This document shows, piece after piece, positions 50,306-63,879 of a stretch of 64,000 nt of DNA. This DNA comes from a virus (lineage: Duplodnaviria > Caudoviricetes). Position numbers and translations under genes: made by a program. Numbering within the stretch: position 1 is the first letter of the stretch; each line of letters begins with the position of its first letter. The notes under the pieces were generated by a model. The model was not told the DNA's origin, searched no databases, and worked only from the letters and a program-made list of their open reading frames with translations. The stretch is taken from IMG/VR virus record IMGVR_UViG_3300021060_000040, positions 1 through 64,000 of that record; one strand, written 5' to 3'.

Positions 50306-51648
50306 GTGACCGAGGCTGAGGCCTACGTGATGGTGGTCCTGGCGCATCTGCCGGGCGCCGTCGCCACCCAGACCGAGTTGCGGGAATGGTGGGCGAGCGA
50401 GGCCGATGCCCGCCGCCGCTACGGTCTGAGCCCAGAGCAAGAGGCGGCCCTCGTCGAGGCCTGCCGCCTCCGCATCCCGACCCTCCTCGAGGTGGCCCCG
50501 GTCACGACCCTGCCGGCAGAGCCCCGCGCCATAGGATCCTTCGGCCGGCGCGACAACGGAAAGAAGCGACGTTACGGATGACCAGGCTCCACACGGTGTC
50601 GGTGCGCCACTGCGCGCCCAAGGACACCCACGACGCCATCGAGGCGCTGGTGATCGCCGACGACGAGGCGATCTTGCGTGACCGGATCGACCGGGAATTC
50701 AACTATGAGCGCTGGAAGGAGCGTCAGGAGGACGGCGAGACCTGGACGGTCTATCCCGACGACGGCACGGGCGAGCACGAGGAGGGCGTCCTCGAGCGGA
50801 TGCTGCGCCTGCGCGGCGACGTCAACGACGGCGAGAACGACGGCCTCTACAGCGACCTGTACTACGGCCAGACCCTGTATGGCTGGGACGTCGGCCGGGA
50901 AGTCACCGACGCGCAGATTCAGGTCCTCCTGGCGCTTGGCATCGTTCAGGACTGGCGCGAGCCGGCCGAGGGCCCGGTTATCGCCGCGGAGGCACCGCCG
51001 CCGTCCCTGACCGCCCTGGAGGCGGCCAAGCGCCTCGATGGCAGCGCGTACGGGTCCGAGGGTTCGAAGGAGCTGTTCGCCGCGATGAAGGCCGCCGGCC
51101 TGGTCGCGGTGTTCGGCTACAGCGATGACGGCGTCGAGCTCCGCGGCGCGATCGATGACGAGCTCGGCATCGGCCGGTTCCATGTCACCCCCGAGGGTCT
51201 GCTCAAGAACGAGTGCGACGACGATGCCTGCCCGCACTTCAAGCGCAGGCAGGCGGGCACGGCAACGATCGAGCCGGTCGAGGGGGCGGAAGGCTTCGTC
51301 TGGACCTACCGGACAACGATCCCGCACCGGACCTTCATCGTGCGCGATGATGGCGACCTCTACTGCCGAGGCATCGTGTTCGCGCTGGCCGACGTGCCCT
51401 CGCCCATCGGAGCCTGAGTCATGCCCGACATCACGATGTGTGTCAGCGGCTTCTGCCCGCTCAAGCGGGGTTGCTACCGGCACGAGGCGAGCGGGACCAA
51501 GTCGGCCGGCCGAGTCCAGTCGATGAGCGAGTTCAAATGGAGCTGGATCGCCAACAGCCGGGGCGCGAAGGTCGCCTGTTACGACTATGTCCCGGTCCGC
51601 GACCCGGACCCGCGCTTCATGCCACACCCTGATCAGGTGCAGCCATGA
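50306..51648 (+). CDS. Hypothetical genes 50306-50581, 50578-51417, 51421-51648
   Basis: Coupled ORFs; last has MPDITMC..CP....CYR. Confidence 0.65.
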
Positions 51649-52181
51649 AGGCCGCCGACAAGTGGGTGATCCTGAATGCCCGCGAGGAGGCGGGCCGGAT
51701 CATCCTCGAGCCACATTCACGGGCCGATCGGGACCGGGTCGAGCGCCGCATGAAGAATGGGCGCGGCGAGATCCGCGCCTCCCTGGCGATGGTCCGGTCT
51801 CTGCCGCAGCTGCGGCTGTACTGGCCCTGGGTCCGCAAGGTGCTCGACTCGAGCGCGCATTTCACGACCGAGAACGGGCTCCACAAAATGCTGTTGCTCG
51901 GCGCCGGCGTGACCGAGCCCTTCATCGATCTTCAAGGCAACATCAGCCACATCCCCTCCTCCATCGCCTTCGACGCGATGGATCAGGAGGATTTCAACGC
52001 CTACTTCGACCGCGCTCAGCAGCTGGTCTCCGAGCACATCCTGCCCGGCGTAGATCTCGAAGCGCTCATGAAAGAAGCCAAAGAGGAATGCGGATGGTCA
52101 GATCCCAAGCCCGTGAAGCGGCGCCGGTCGTCTCCGGCCGCGCAGACCCAACCACCATCGCAGCCAGCCTTGGCGGCCTGA
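51645..52181 (+). CDS. DUF1367/NinB-like recombination accessory protein
   Basis: RS..Q..LYW; PSSIAFDAMDQEDF. Confidence 0.7.
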   Translation: MKAADKWVILNAREEAGRIILEPHSRADRDRVERRMKNGRGEIRASLAMVRSLPQLRLYWPWVRKVLDSSAHFTTENGLHKMLLLGAGVTEPFIDLQGNISHIPSSIAFDAMDQEDFNAYFDRAQQLVSEHILPGVDLEALMKEAKEECGWSDPKPVKRRRSSPAAQTQPPSQPALAA

Positions 52182-52461
52182 CGGTCGAGCTCGCCCTCGA
52201 GAGCGGCCTCAATCCGTATGTCGAGCTCCTGGAGGCCAAGCGGATCCGGGACGTCGTCTGCCACCGTTTCCTGGTCAAGCCGGCCGGGCTGGTCGGCTTC
52301 CCGGCCCCGGAGAGCCGATCGCAGGCCGCTCAGATGGAAATGGTCCGCAGGCTGATCGACCGAGGCTGGTGGATCCGGATGATCGACGCCTATCTCGAGA
52401 CGACCGGCTCGGCGAGACGGTACTTGAGCTTCTGCGCCGACGCTTCCGTGGGGAGGCCTGC

Positions 52462-52788
52462 GTGAACGCGGCGTCGCGCGACGCGGAGCGCCAGAACGCC
52501 CTCCGTTATCGCAAGGCGATCCAGGCGGCCGAGCTGTCCGTGCTCACCGACAGCAAGCTGCTGGGAATTCCGAGCGTGCGCCGGCGGCTCATTCGGCTGG
52601 CCGCCCTTCTGGCCCTGGGCTACGAGATCGATCTCGACGCCCGCAACTTTCCGGTCTCCCATCCAGAGAACGAAGCGCCGATGCGCCGGGCGCTCCAGGC
52701 GGCTGTCGCCGCGGCCGGTGAAGCGATCGTGGGGCTCGGCCAGCCAGCGCATCCGCAAGTGGTGTCAGCTCTTACCGTTGCGGCGTAG
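52462..52788 (+). CDS. Hypothetical protein
   Basis: GGGAGG RBS, GTG start. Confidence 0.6.
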   Translation: MNAASRDAERQNALRYRKAIQAAELSVLTDSKLLGIPSVRRRLIRLAALLALGYEIDLDARNFPVSHPENEAPMRRALQAAVAAAGEAIVGLGQPAHPQVVSALTVAA

Positions 52789-52953
52789 ACGTTCGAGCCG
52801 AAGCTGTTCTCGGCGAACGATCTCCTGCTCAATACAGGTTCTTATGAAGGCCAGGCGCGACTCTCCCTTCGCCAACACGGCCTTGATCCGTGCGAGGCTT
52901 CCGCTTGGCAATGAGAGATTGACGCTCTCATGGTAGAGTTTCTTTCGGCCCAC
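52765..52953 (-). CDS. Ribbon-helix-helix-like small DNA-binding protein
   Basis: GRKKLY.ESVNLSLP....RI..VL..GESR..FIR..IE.EI.RRE. Confidence 0.6.
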   Translation of the reverse strand: MGRKKLYHESVNLSLPSGSLARIKAVLAKGESRLAFIRTCIEQEIVRREQLRLERLRRNGKS

Positions 52954-53330
52954 ACCGCGACAGGTGCCTGACAAACGATGCCCGTTCAAGGCATGCGGCC
53001 CTGCGGAGCTGCTGAATATCAGCATTTGCTATTGGTTCCCACAAGTTAAATCGGGTACGCGATATCAGGCGCGGCCCATAGTTGCGCACAAGTTGGCAAT
53101 TTTACTTTATATTTCACTTGCTCATTGCTGGTACGACTCGGACTTTGCATGATCGATGATAGCCGGCACGGGATGTTCGTCGAGATAGACTCGGAAAGAT
53201 TATTTCATGGCCTATCAATAAAAGTTCTGGACTCCAAAAGCCTCCTGTGAATGGACGCAACCTTGGAGCGAGTCGTTTGCACGCTTGCGCGATTGCAAAC
53301 GATATGCGAATGATGCGGCAGGAGATCGCC

Positions 53331-54386
53331 ATGCACACCAGACCTATGCGGCTCGGCGTCTATATCGGTCGCTTTCAGCCGTTCCACCTGGGCCACCTGC
53401 ACGTCGTGCGCCAGGCACTCGCGCATTGTGACCGGCTCCTGATCCTGATCGGCTCCGCCGACGAGCCGCGCACCACCCAGAACCCATGGACCGCCGCCGA
53501 GCGGGGCTCAATGATCCGCGCGGGCCTGCCCGGCGACATCCCGGACGTCACCGACACAGCGCCCGTGCGCGACTTCGAGAGCAACTTCACCTGGGCCGCG
53601 GGTGTCCGCGCCGCGGTGCAGAAGCACCTTGCCGACCTCGGCTGGTCGGGGGCCGAGGTCCTGCTCGCCGGCCACGCCAAGGACCACACGTCGTTCTACC
53701 TGGGCATGTTCCCGGAATGGGGCTCGCTCGACGTCGACAACTTCCGCCAGCTGTCGGCGACGCCGATGCGGGAACGGTTCTTCGACTGCGGCCAAGCGCT
53801 TGCGATCGATGAGGTCGGGATCGACGTCCACGACTGGGCCGAGGAATGGTTCTACCAGAACGCCCAGGCCGTCGGCTGGCTCACACGGGAATACGGCGCC
53901 GTCCGCGAGTTCCGGGCGCACTGGCGGATGGCTCCCCACCCGCCGACCTTCATCACCACCGATGCCCTCGTCGTCTCGGCCGGGCACGTCGCCGTGATCC
54001 AGCGCGGCAAGTTCCCGTTCCGCGGCCTGCGGGCGCTGCCCGGCGGCTTCCTCGAGCCGAACCTCAGCCTGCTGGACAATACGCTGAAGGAGTTCAGCGA
54101 GGAGTGCCTGGACGGCAAGTCTGCGGAGCTGCTGCGCTCCCACTTACGCGAGGTCCGGGTGTTCGACGCGCCCGGCCGCGACCCGCGCGGGCGCTTCGTC
54201 TCCCACGTCCACCTGTTCGACCTGCACGGGGCCTTCCCGACGCTCACCGGCGGCGACGATGCCGAGTGGGCCGGCTGGGTGCCGATCGACCGCTTGGAGC
54301 GGTCCGAGATGGCCTTCGACCATTTCAAGATCATCCGCTCGATGACGGCTCGACACGTCGTCGACACAACCCTCAAGGCTGCCTGA
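53331..54386 (+). CDS. nadM: Bifunctional NMN adenylyltransferase/Nudix hydrolase (NadM-Nudix)
   Basis: IGRFQPFHLGH, NPW..ER, SAT, ALPGGF Nudix box, RDPRGR, GDDA, FDH. Confidence 0.93.
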   Translation: MHTRPMRLGVYIGRFQPFHLGHLHVVRQALAHCDRLLILIGSADEPRTTQNPWTAAERGSMIRAGLPGDIPDVTDTAPVRDFESNFTWAAGVRAAVQKHLADLGWSGAEVLLAGHAKDHTSFYLGMFPEWGSLDVDNFRQLSATPMRERFFDCGQALAIDEVGIDVHDWAEEWFYQNAQAVGWLTREYGAVREFRAHWRMAPHPPTFITTDALVVSAGHVAVIQRGKFPFRGLRALPGGFLEPNLSLLDNTLKEFSEECLDGKSAELLRSHLREVRVFDAPGRDPRGRFVSHVHLFDLHGAFPTLTGGDDAEWAGWVPIDRLERSEMAFDHFKIIRSMTARHVVDTTLKAA

Positions 54387-54389
54387 CCC

Positions 54390-55799
54390 TTGTTCATCAA
54401 AGACCTTAACCCGTGCCTCGTGGTCGATGGATATAAGCCCAGTCACTGGGCCCAGCTGCCGCCCGACATGAAGGCCGGCTTCGGCTACATCGAGAGCCGC
54501 GGCGGCCGCCACAGGGAGACGCTGTTCTTCGGGCTCCAGGCGCAGCTGGCCTATCTTCGGCAGCGCATCACCCACGAGCACGTCGACGAGGCCAAGGCGT
54601 TCTACGCGCGGTACTACCCGCCAGCCTACCCGGGCCTGTTCAACGAAGCCGGCTTCCGGCGCATCGTCGATGTCCACGGGGGCTACTGGCCGGTGAGGAT
54701 CTGCGCGGCGCCCGAGGGCAGCCTGATCCCGACGGGCAACGTGCTCCTATCGATCTCGACGAGCGATGATCAGCTCCCTTGGGCCGGCGGCTACCTGGAG
54801 AACCGCCTGCTCCGCTCAGTCTGGTACCCCACGACTGTCTGCACCGAGTCGTTCATGATCAAGCGGGTGATCAAGCACTTCCTGGATCTGACCGCCGACG
54901 ATCCGGACGCCGAGCTGCCGTTCAAGCTGCACGATTTCGGCTCCCGTGCGGCGAGCTCAACGGAATCGGCCGGCCTCGGCGGCATGGCGCACCTGGTCAA
55001 CTTCCGGGGCACCGACACGATCGAGGGCATCCTGGCGGCGATGCGCTTCTACGGCGCCGACGTGTGCGGATCCTCGATCCCGGCCTCGGAGCACTCGACG
55101 ATCACAGCCTGGGGCCGCGCCGGCGAATGCGACGCCTACGCCCACATGCTGGCGACCTTCGGCCGGCCGGACGGCATCTTCGCCTGCGTCTCGGACAGCT
55201 ACGACATCGATAACGCCGTCACGAACCTCTGGGGCGGCGAGCTGCGCCAGCGCGTGATCGACAGCGGCGCCACGGTGGTGATCCGGCCGGACTCGGGCGA
55301 TCCGGTGAAGACCCCCTGCCAGACCGTCGAAGCCCTGGCCGAGAGCTTCGGGTTCACGCTCAACCGGAAGGGCTACAAGGTCCTGAAGAACGTGCGGGTG
55401 ATCCAGGGCGACGGCGTCGACGCGGAGAACATCCGGTCGATCCTGTTCTGGCTGCAGATGGGCGGCTTTTCGGCCAGCAACATCGCCTTCGGCATGGGCG
55501 GGAAGCTCTTGCAGGCCGGCATCGACCGGGACACCCAGCGCTTCGCCATGAAGCAGTCGGCGGTCTACCGCGGCGGCCGGTGGCTCGAGACCTACAAGGA
55601 TCCGGTCGGGGATCCGGGCAAGGCCAGCAAGCGCGGCCTGCTCGCGCTGACGCACGATAATGACAACGGCTGGGAGACCGTCCCGCTGTTCGGCGAGCGG
55701 CTGCAGCCCAACCAGCTCCAGCCGAGCTACGACACGGGGTGGTTTGCGCCGCCTGTGTCGTTCGAAGCCGTCCAAAAACGCGCTGCCGCTGCCCTCTGA
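54390..55799 (+). CDS. nadV: Nicotinamide phosphoribosyltransferase
   Basis: DGYKPSH, LHDFGSR, PASEHS, VSDSYD, IRPDSGDP, IQGDG, FGMGG. Confidence 0.95.
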   Translation: MFIKDLNPCLVVDGYKPSHWAQLPPDMKAGFGYIESRGGRHRETLFFGLQAQLAYLRQRITHEHVDEAKAFYARYYPPAYPGLFNEAGFRRIVDVHGGYWPVRICAAPEGSLIPTGNVLLSISTSDDQLPWAGGYLENRLLRSVWYPTTVCTESFMIKRVIKHFLDLTADDPDAELPFKLHDFGSRAASSTESAGLGGMAHLVNFRGTDTIEGILAAMRFYGADVCGSSIPASEHSTITAWGRAGECDAYAHMLATFGRPDGIFACVSDSYDIDNAVTNLWGGELRQRVIDSGATVVIRPDSGDPVKTPCQTVEALAESFGFTLNRKGYKVLKNVRVIQGDGVDAENIRSILFWLQMGGFSASNIAFGMGGKLLQAGIDRDTQRFAMKQSAVYRGGRWLETYKDPVGDPGKASKRGLLALTHDNDNGWETVPLFGERLQPNQLQPSYDTGWFAPPVSFEAVQKRAAAAL

Positions 55800-55840
55800 G
55801 GGCCTTGCTCTGTTTGCGCATTTGCGCTATTGCAAACGTT

Positions 55841-56377
55841 ATGCAAACGGAACGCGCGTTGGCCCCGGCACCCCCGCCAGGGTTTCGCAAGCCGATCCCC
55901 TTCCCGGTCAAAGTGGATGCGGTGATCCGGCAGGCAGCCCGGTGCAAGGCATGCGGTGAGCTGCTGGTGTCCTACAGGGACACCCAGTTCGATCATGTCC
56001 CGGCCGTGCATCTGCGGACGTGGGACCCGGTAGCCGAGGACGTCATCCCGTCCTCGAACGATCCGGATGCCATCCACGCCAAGCACAAGGACTGCCACGC
56101 GGTGAAGACCACGGGGCGCAAGGGCGAGAGCCGGCTCAACGCGGTCCACGGCGACGTGGCCGAGGTGGCCAAGCTCAAGCGCCTGACGAAGTCCGAGATC
56201 GCGTTCCGCCAGAGGCTGCTCGCCAAGGGCGAGCCGGAGCCCGAGCCCGACGACGCGCAGCCCAAGCCGCGCTCGCGCTGGCCCAAGCGTCCGTTCAATC
56301 GGAGTGCGCAACGTGGATCGACGACAGCGGGAAGTGAAGAGGGAGCTTCAGGCCATGGTGGCCAGTCGCTGCATTGA
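55841..56377 (+). CDS. HNH endonuclease-like protein
   Basis: CKAC..FDH.P...N.....H..CH..KT. Confidence 0.75.
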   Translation: MQTERALAPAPPPGFRKPIPFPVKVDAVIRQAARCKACGELLVSYRDTQFDHVPAVHLRTWDPVAEDVIPSSNDPDAIHAKHKDCHAVKTTGRKGESRLNAVHGDVAEVAKLKRLTKSEIAFRQRLLAKGEPEPEPDDAQPKPRSRWPKRPFNRSAQRGSTTAGSEEGASGHGGQSLH

Positions 56378-56543
56378 AGAATACCGCTTCGAGCCCGGCA
56401 AAAAGCATCCCAAGATCAACATCAAGCATCACGGCCAGTGGCATTGTCTCCCGTATTCAATGTCTCCCCGGACATCGAATACCGGAGAAGAGACGGCAAA
56501 GCTCGTACGCCGCATCATCAAAGGCAAGATCAGTGTCAATTAA
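56313..56543 (+). CDS. Small HicA-fold-like protein
   Basis: GKKHPKI...SMSP pattern. Confidence 0.4.
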   Translation: MDRRQREVKRELQAMVASRCIEEYRFEPGKKHPKINIKHHGQWHCLPYSMSPRTSNTGEETAKLVRRIIKGKISVN

Positions 56544-57209
56544 CAAGACCCACGAAGGCCTGATCAAGGCCGCCATGCAGCTCGCCTCCAGCGATCGGCG
56601 CAAGCCCAGCAAGTATCCGCGCTACAGCTACAGCGATGCCGGCTTCGGGGTGCATGCCAAGCGCTGCCTCTCCGGGCTGGAGCGGGCTCGGCTGGAGCTG
56701 GCGATGCTGAACATGCGCCTGGCGCAGCCGGGCTCGAGCGAGCGCCGGGCCGCCTACGAGGCCGTCCGGGCAATGCCGGTCACGATCGTGCCGGTGAAGT
56801 ACGCCGAGCGCCTCGACCACTCCAAGTACCCGATCGAGCGGCTCGTCGCGATCCGGGCGGCCGGCGGCGGCAAGAAGGAGCAGGCCCGTGCGGCCCGCCG
56901 GGCGGCCGCGATCAAGGGCATGACCCCGGTCGCCGTCAACGACAACGCCGAGGGCACCAGCAATCAGGTCGAGGCAGCGTGATGGCAACCGAGATCACAG
57001 CCACGCTCGAACGCGCGTCCAAGGCCTCCGGCGTAGGCGGGCGCTATCTGGTCGGCTTCGTCTTCGGCGACGCCCACGGCCGTTTCAAGGACGGCAGCTT
57101 CATACATACCAGCCAGCTGAAGGAAGAGGTCGCGCCGGACGTGTTCCTGACGCGCTCGGGCAACCTCTACCGGGTGAAGAGCTGGTCAGCGGCAGATCCC
57201 TCCGCCTGA
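56533..57209 (+). CDS. Hypothetical genes 56533-56982 and 56979-57209
   Basis: Coupled ORFs; second has G.VFGD..GRF.DG..I.TS. Confidence 0.65.
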
Positions 57210-57284
57210 CAATCCCGCGGCTCCCCACGAGCCAGCCGCGGGCGGCGGCCGATCCGCCCGACACCATACCTGAGAGGCTCCACG

Positions 57285-60815
<3,531 letters not shown>

Positions 60816-60910
60816 CCTGAGAAACAAGCCCCCGGGCGACTCTGGGGGCTTGCGCGTTTGCGCGATTGCAAATACAAAGCAAACAGCAAACGCATTCGGC
60901 AGGTCAGGCC

Positions 60911-61357
60911 ATGGCAAGCGAATTCAAATGGTACGCCTCGCACGACCAGGAGAACTATACGATCGGCCCCTGCGACTCCCGTGAAGCGGTAATTGAGCAG
61001 GCCGTAAACGATGATCTTGGCCTGCGCCAGGGCCCGGAAGGACACTGGGACCGGCTGACCTTCCACATTCTGGAGGCCACCCAGGACCCGATCGACCTCT
61101 CGAACCACCTCGACGAAGACTCCGTCATCGAGGGGCTCTGCGAGAGCGTCGACGAGAACCACGGCGATCCCGACGGCGCCCGCTGCCTGCTCGAGGATGC
61201 CTGGAACACTGAACAGGAGGAGGACCTCCGGGACCGCCTGCGCAAGGCGATCGCCGAGTGGCAGGCCCACCACGCGATCGTGGTCAGGCCCTGGACCTTC
61301 ACCCGAACCCGCAACGCCGAGACGGTGGACGTCCAAGTCCCGCTCCCGGTCAACTGA
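60911..61357 (+). CDS. Hypothetical acidic protein
   Basis: ORF after the motif at 60858. Confidence 0.7.
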   Translation: MASEFKWYASHDQENYTIGPCDSREAVIEQAVNDDLGLRQGPEGHWDRLTFHILEATQDPIDLSNHLDEDSVIEGLCESVDENHGDPDGARCLLEDAWNTEQEEDLRDRLRKAIAEWQAHHAIVVRPWTFTRTRNAETVDVQVPLPVN

Positions 61358-61365
61358 GCCCCGAC

Positions 61366-61809
61366 ATGAACGACAATTTCAAGCTGGACCCGGACGGGTT
61401 GGCGGCAGCCGGTGGGCTGCTTCAAAGCCAATGCCACGGCGCATCGCGCTCGGCCGGCTGGTGGAACCACAACGCGACCGGCCTCGACCTGCGCAGGATC
61501 GTGCGCAAGCCGGAAAGCGCGCTGGAGACCCTGCTCGCCGGCGCCCTGGTCGCGCAGAAGCTCTGCCTCAGCCACAGCGAGATCAGCGAAGCCATGGAAG
61601 GCCAGCGAAAGGGCCTGATGGACGACAAGCTCCCGCACCGGCCGATGATCGAGGTCGAGATCGCCGACGGGATCATCCGCCTGTTCGACCTGGGCGGCGC
61701 GCTCAACCTCGATGTCGGCGGTGCCATCGCCGAGAAGATGGCCTTCAACGCCGTCCGCCTCGACCACAAGGCAGAGGCCCGCGCAGCAGCCGGCGGCAAG
61801 GCCTTCTGA
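61366..61809 (+). CDS. MazG-like NTP pyrophosphohydrolase
   Basis: HSEISEAMEG.RK...EVEIAD..IR..D. Confidence 0.8.
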   Translation: MNDNFKLDPDGLAAAGGLLQSQCHGASRSAGWWNHNATGLDLRRIVRKPESALETLLAGALVAQKLCLSHSEISEAMEGQRKGLMDDKLPHRPMIEVEIADGIIRLFDLGGALNLDVGGAIAEKMAFNAVRLDHKAEARAAAGGKAF

Positions 61810-61811
61810 GC

Positions 61812-62045
61812 GTGAGCTCGCTGGCATTCGTCATCGTCGCCTGCTCGGCGCTCGCCGGCAGTCCGCATCGCGACCAGTGCCGCGAGATCCACGTCCCCGT
61901 CACCGCGGACGCACCGCCCCTGGCCTGCATGGCTAGGGGCCAGGAATTCGTCGCGTCCCACCCCGAAGCCTTTGAGGGCGTCGACGTCATCGCCTTCGGC
62001 TGCGCCGAGCGCGCCCCGCAGGCCAACACAGGACAGACTCAGTGA
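61812..62045 (+). CDS. Small Cys-containing exported protein
   Basis: LAFVIVAC..C...C...C. Confidence 0.55.
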   Translation: MSSLAFVIVACSALAGSPHRDQCREIHVPVTADAPPLACMARGQEFVASHPEAFEGVDVIAFGCAERAPQANTGQTQ

Positions 62046-62305
62046 GCAAAGACCCGAAGGAAGTCGCGACGAGTGGTGTCGCGGCCGATGAGCTGAAACA
62101 GTTCATCGAGCGCCTGGAGCGGCTTGAAGAGGAGAAAGCTGGCATCCTCGAAGATATCAAGCAGGTGTTCCTCGAGTTGAAGGGGCGCGGATTCGACGGC
62201 AAGGCGGTGAAAACCATCTTGCGCATCCGCAAGCAGGACCGCAGCGAACGCCAGGAGCAGGAGGCGATCCTCGAGCTCTACATGCAGGCGCTGGGCCTCG
62301 AATGA
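62042..62305 (+). CDS. gapR: GapR/DUF2312 nucleoid-associated protein
   Basis: LKQFIERLERLEEEK..DIK.V..E.KGRGFD.K...ILELYMQALG. Confidence 0.92.
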   Translation: MSKDPKEVATSGVAADELKQFIERLERLEEEKAGILEDIKQVFLELKGRGFDGKAVKTILRIRKQDRSERQEQEAILELYMQALGLE

Positions 62306-62644
62306 TCGTCCAACTCCTCACCAGCATCCGCCGGCTGCTCAGCAGCCCCGGGACGCACGCATCCTGGTCGGCCGGGCGTTCGGCTCCCCCAGGTGCCGGC
62401 TCCGAGCCCGAGGCGATCCTCCCCCTCGCCATCACCATGAACGCGGCTCTTGCCGGCCCGTTCGGCGTATTCATCGCGGCCAAGAGCTGCAAGAGCAAGG
62501 ATATCGAAACATGATGTGGGCCCTCGTCTCCCGCGTTGGAGATCTTCTGCAGCTGATCGGGCTGCTCACCGTCGGACAATGGATCTGGAAGGCCTCGCGG
62601 AACTTCTCGACCGCTGTTGCAACCTTCAAGGCAAAGTTCGCCTG

Positions 62645-62842
62645 ATGCGCCAGATCCTCGTCCTCATCGCGCTCATCCTGGTCGGCACGTCGGCCGCCCT
62701 GATTACGCTGGCCGGCTACGCCCAGCACATCATTACGTGCATCAAGAATGAGGCCATCGGCATGCTCGTGGTCGGCATGCTGGTGGCTCCGCTTGCCGTC
62801 CTGCACGGCTTTGGCATCTGGCTGGGCTTGTTCGCCCGCTAG
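62645..62842 (+). CDS. Small membrane protein
   Basis: Two hydrophobic segments. Confidence 0.6.
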   Translation: MRQILVLIALILVGTSAALITLAGYAQHIITCIKNEAIGMLVVGMLVAPLAVLHGFGIWLGLFAR

Positions 62843-63022
62843 CGCGTTTTTCTGTGTTTGCATGCTTGCGCGATTGCAAACGGTAAGCTAACAAGATCTC
62901 ACCAGCCGCGGCGCAGCCCGGGCGGTCCTCGGAACGAAAGACCTGAGCAACCGACGCGACCTCGTCGCGGCTGGACTGAATTCCTGCGTCTGAATGACGG
63001 GAATAACCTGAAAGAATTTAAG

Positions 63023-63307
63023 ATGAAGCGCAATTTCCTGATCGGCACCGGCTTCGTGTTCGCCGCTGCGCTCGGCCTCACCGTCGCCGCTTGCGACAGC
63101 ACCCACGATCTGACCCAGCCCGAGAAGGCGGTCGCGGATCATGGCGGCCTCCTCTACGCGAACGCCGCCGGCGGCCAGTTCCTGCAGTGCTCGGGGCGCG
63201 ACTCCGATGCCGACGGCTACGTCACCTGCCAGACTAAGCTGAACGGCCAGCTCTCCGAGATCCTCTGCGCCTACCGCGGCCAGCCGGGCTGCAAGGCTAA
63301 GCGCTGA
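63023..63307 (+). CDS. Putative lipoprotein
   Basis: VAA-C lipobox; CSGRDSDADGYVTC. Confidence 0.7.
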   Translation: MKRNFLIGTGFVFAAALGLTVAACDSTHDLTQPEKAVADHGGLLYANAAGGQFLQCSGRDSDADGYVTCQTKLNGQLSEILCAYRGQPGCKAKR

Positions 63308-63364
63308 CCCCCCCCCTCCCCTGCTGACCACCGGCCGGATGGCCAGGTAGACAAGGATATTTCG

Positions 63365-63805
63365 ATGATGGGCGCACTTGCCAAGAAGCTGTTCGGCGAC
63401 GGCACGAAGAAGTTCCGCACCTATGTCGGTGACACCGCCTTCCTGAAGGCCGCCGCCGCAATCGCCGCCAACGTGACTGCGGCTGACGGCAAGATCGAGG
63501 ACGCCGAGATCAAGGCATCCAAGAAGGTCATGCTCGCCAACCCAATCATCAAGCCGTCCTTTGACCCGTCGGCGATCGAGCGCGAGCTCAATGCCGCCCT
63601 GGACCGCGCCGAGACCCGCTCGGGCCGGCACGAGAACGCCCAGATCATCAAGGGCGTCGAGACCCGCGACCAAGCCGACCGCGATGCGCTGTTCCTGATC
63701 GGCGTCGACGTCGCCGACGTGGGCGAGGTCGGCGAGAAAGAAGACGCCGCGCTCACCAAGATCGCCGAGCTGCTGCTCGTCGACAAAGCGGCCCTGATGG
63801 CCTGA
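63365..63805 (+). CDS. terB: TerB-family protein
   Basis: ADGKIEDAE and VADVGEVGEKE metal-binding motifs. Confidence 0.8.
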   Translation: MMGALAKKLFGDGTKKFRTYVGDTAFLKAAAAIAANVTAADGKIEDAEIKASKKVMLANPIIKPSFDPSAIERELNAALDRAETRSGRHENAQIIKGVETRDQADRDALFLIGVDVADVGEVGEKEDAALTKIAELLLVDKAALMA

Positions 63806-63879
63806 GCGCCCTCCCCTTCCGGCTTTCCCCCTCCCCAACGGCGGCCTTCGTGGCCGCCAATTTTTTAAGAGAGGCCCCC

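Noticed and set aside
28943-53073. 13-mer GATATCAGGCGCG at 28943 and 53061
   Set aside because: A single 13-bp pair match is expected by chance in 64 kb
56313-56543. HicAB toxin-antitoxin system
   Set aside because: Only weak HicA-like resemblance and no HicB neighbour
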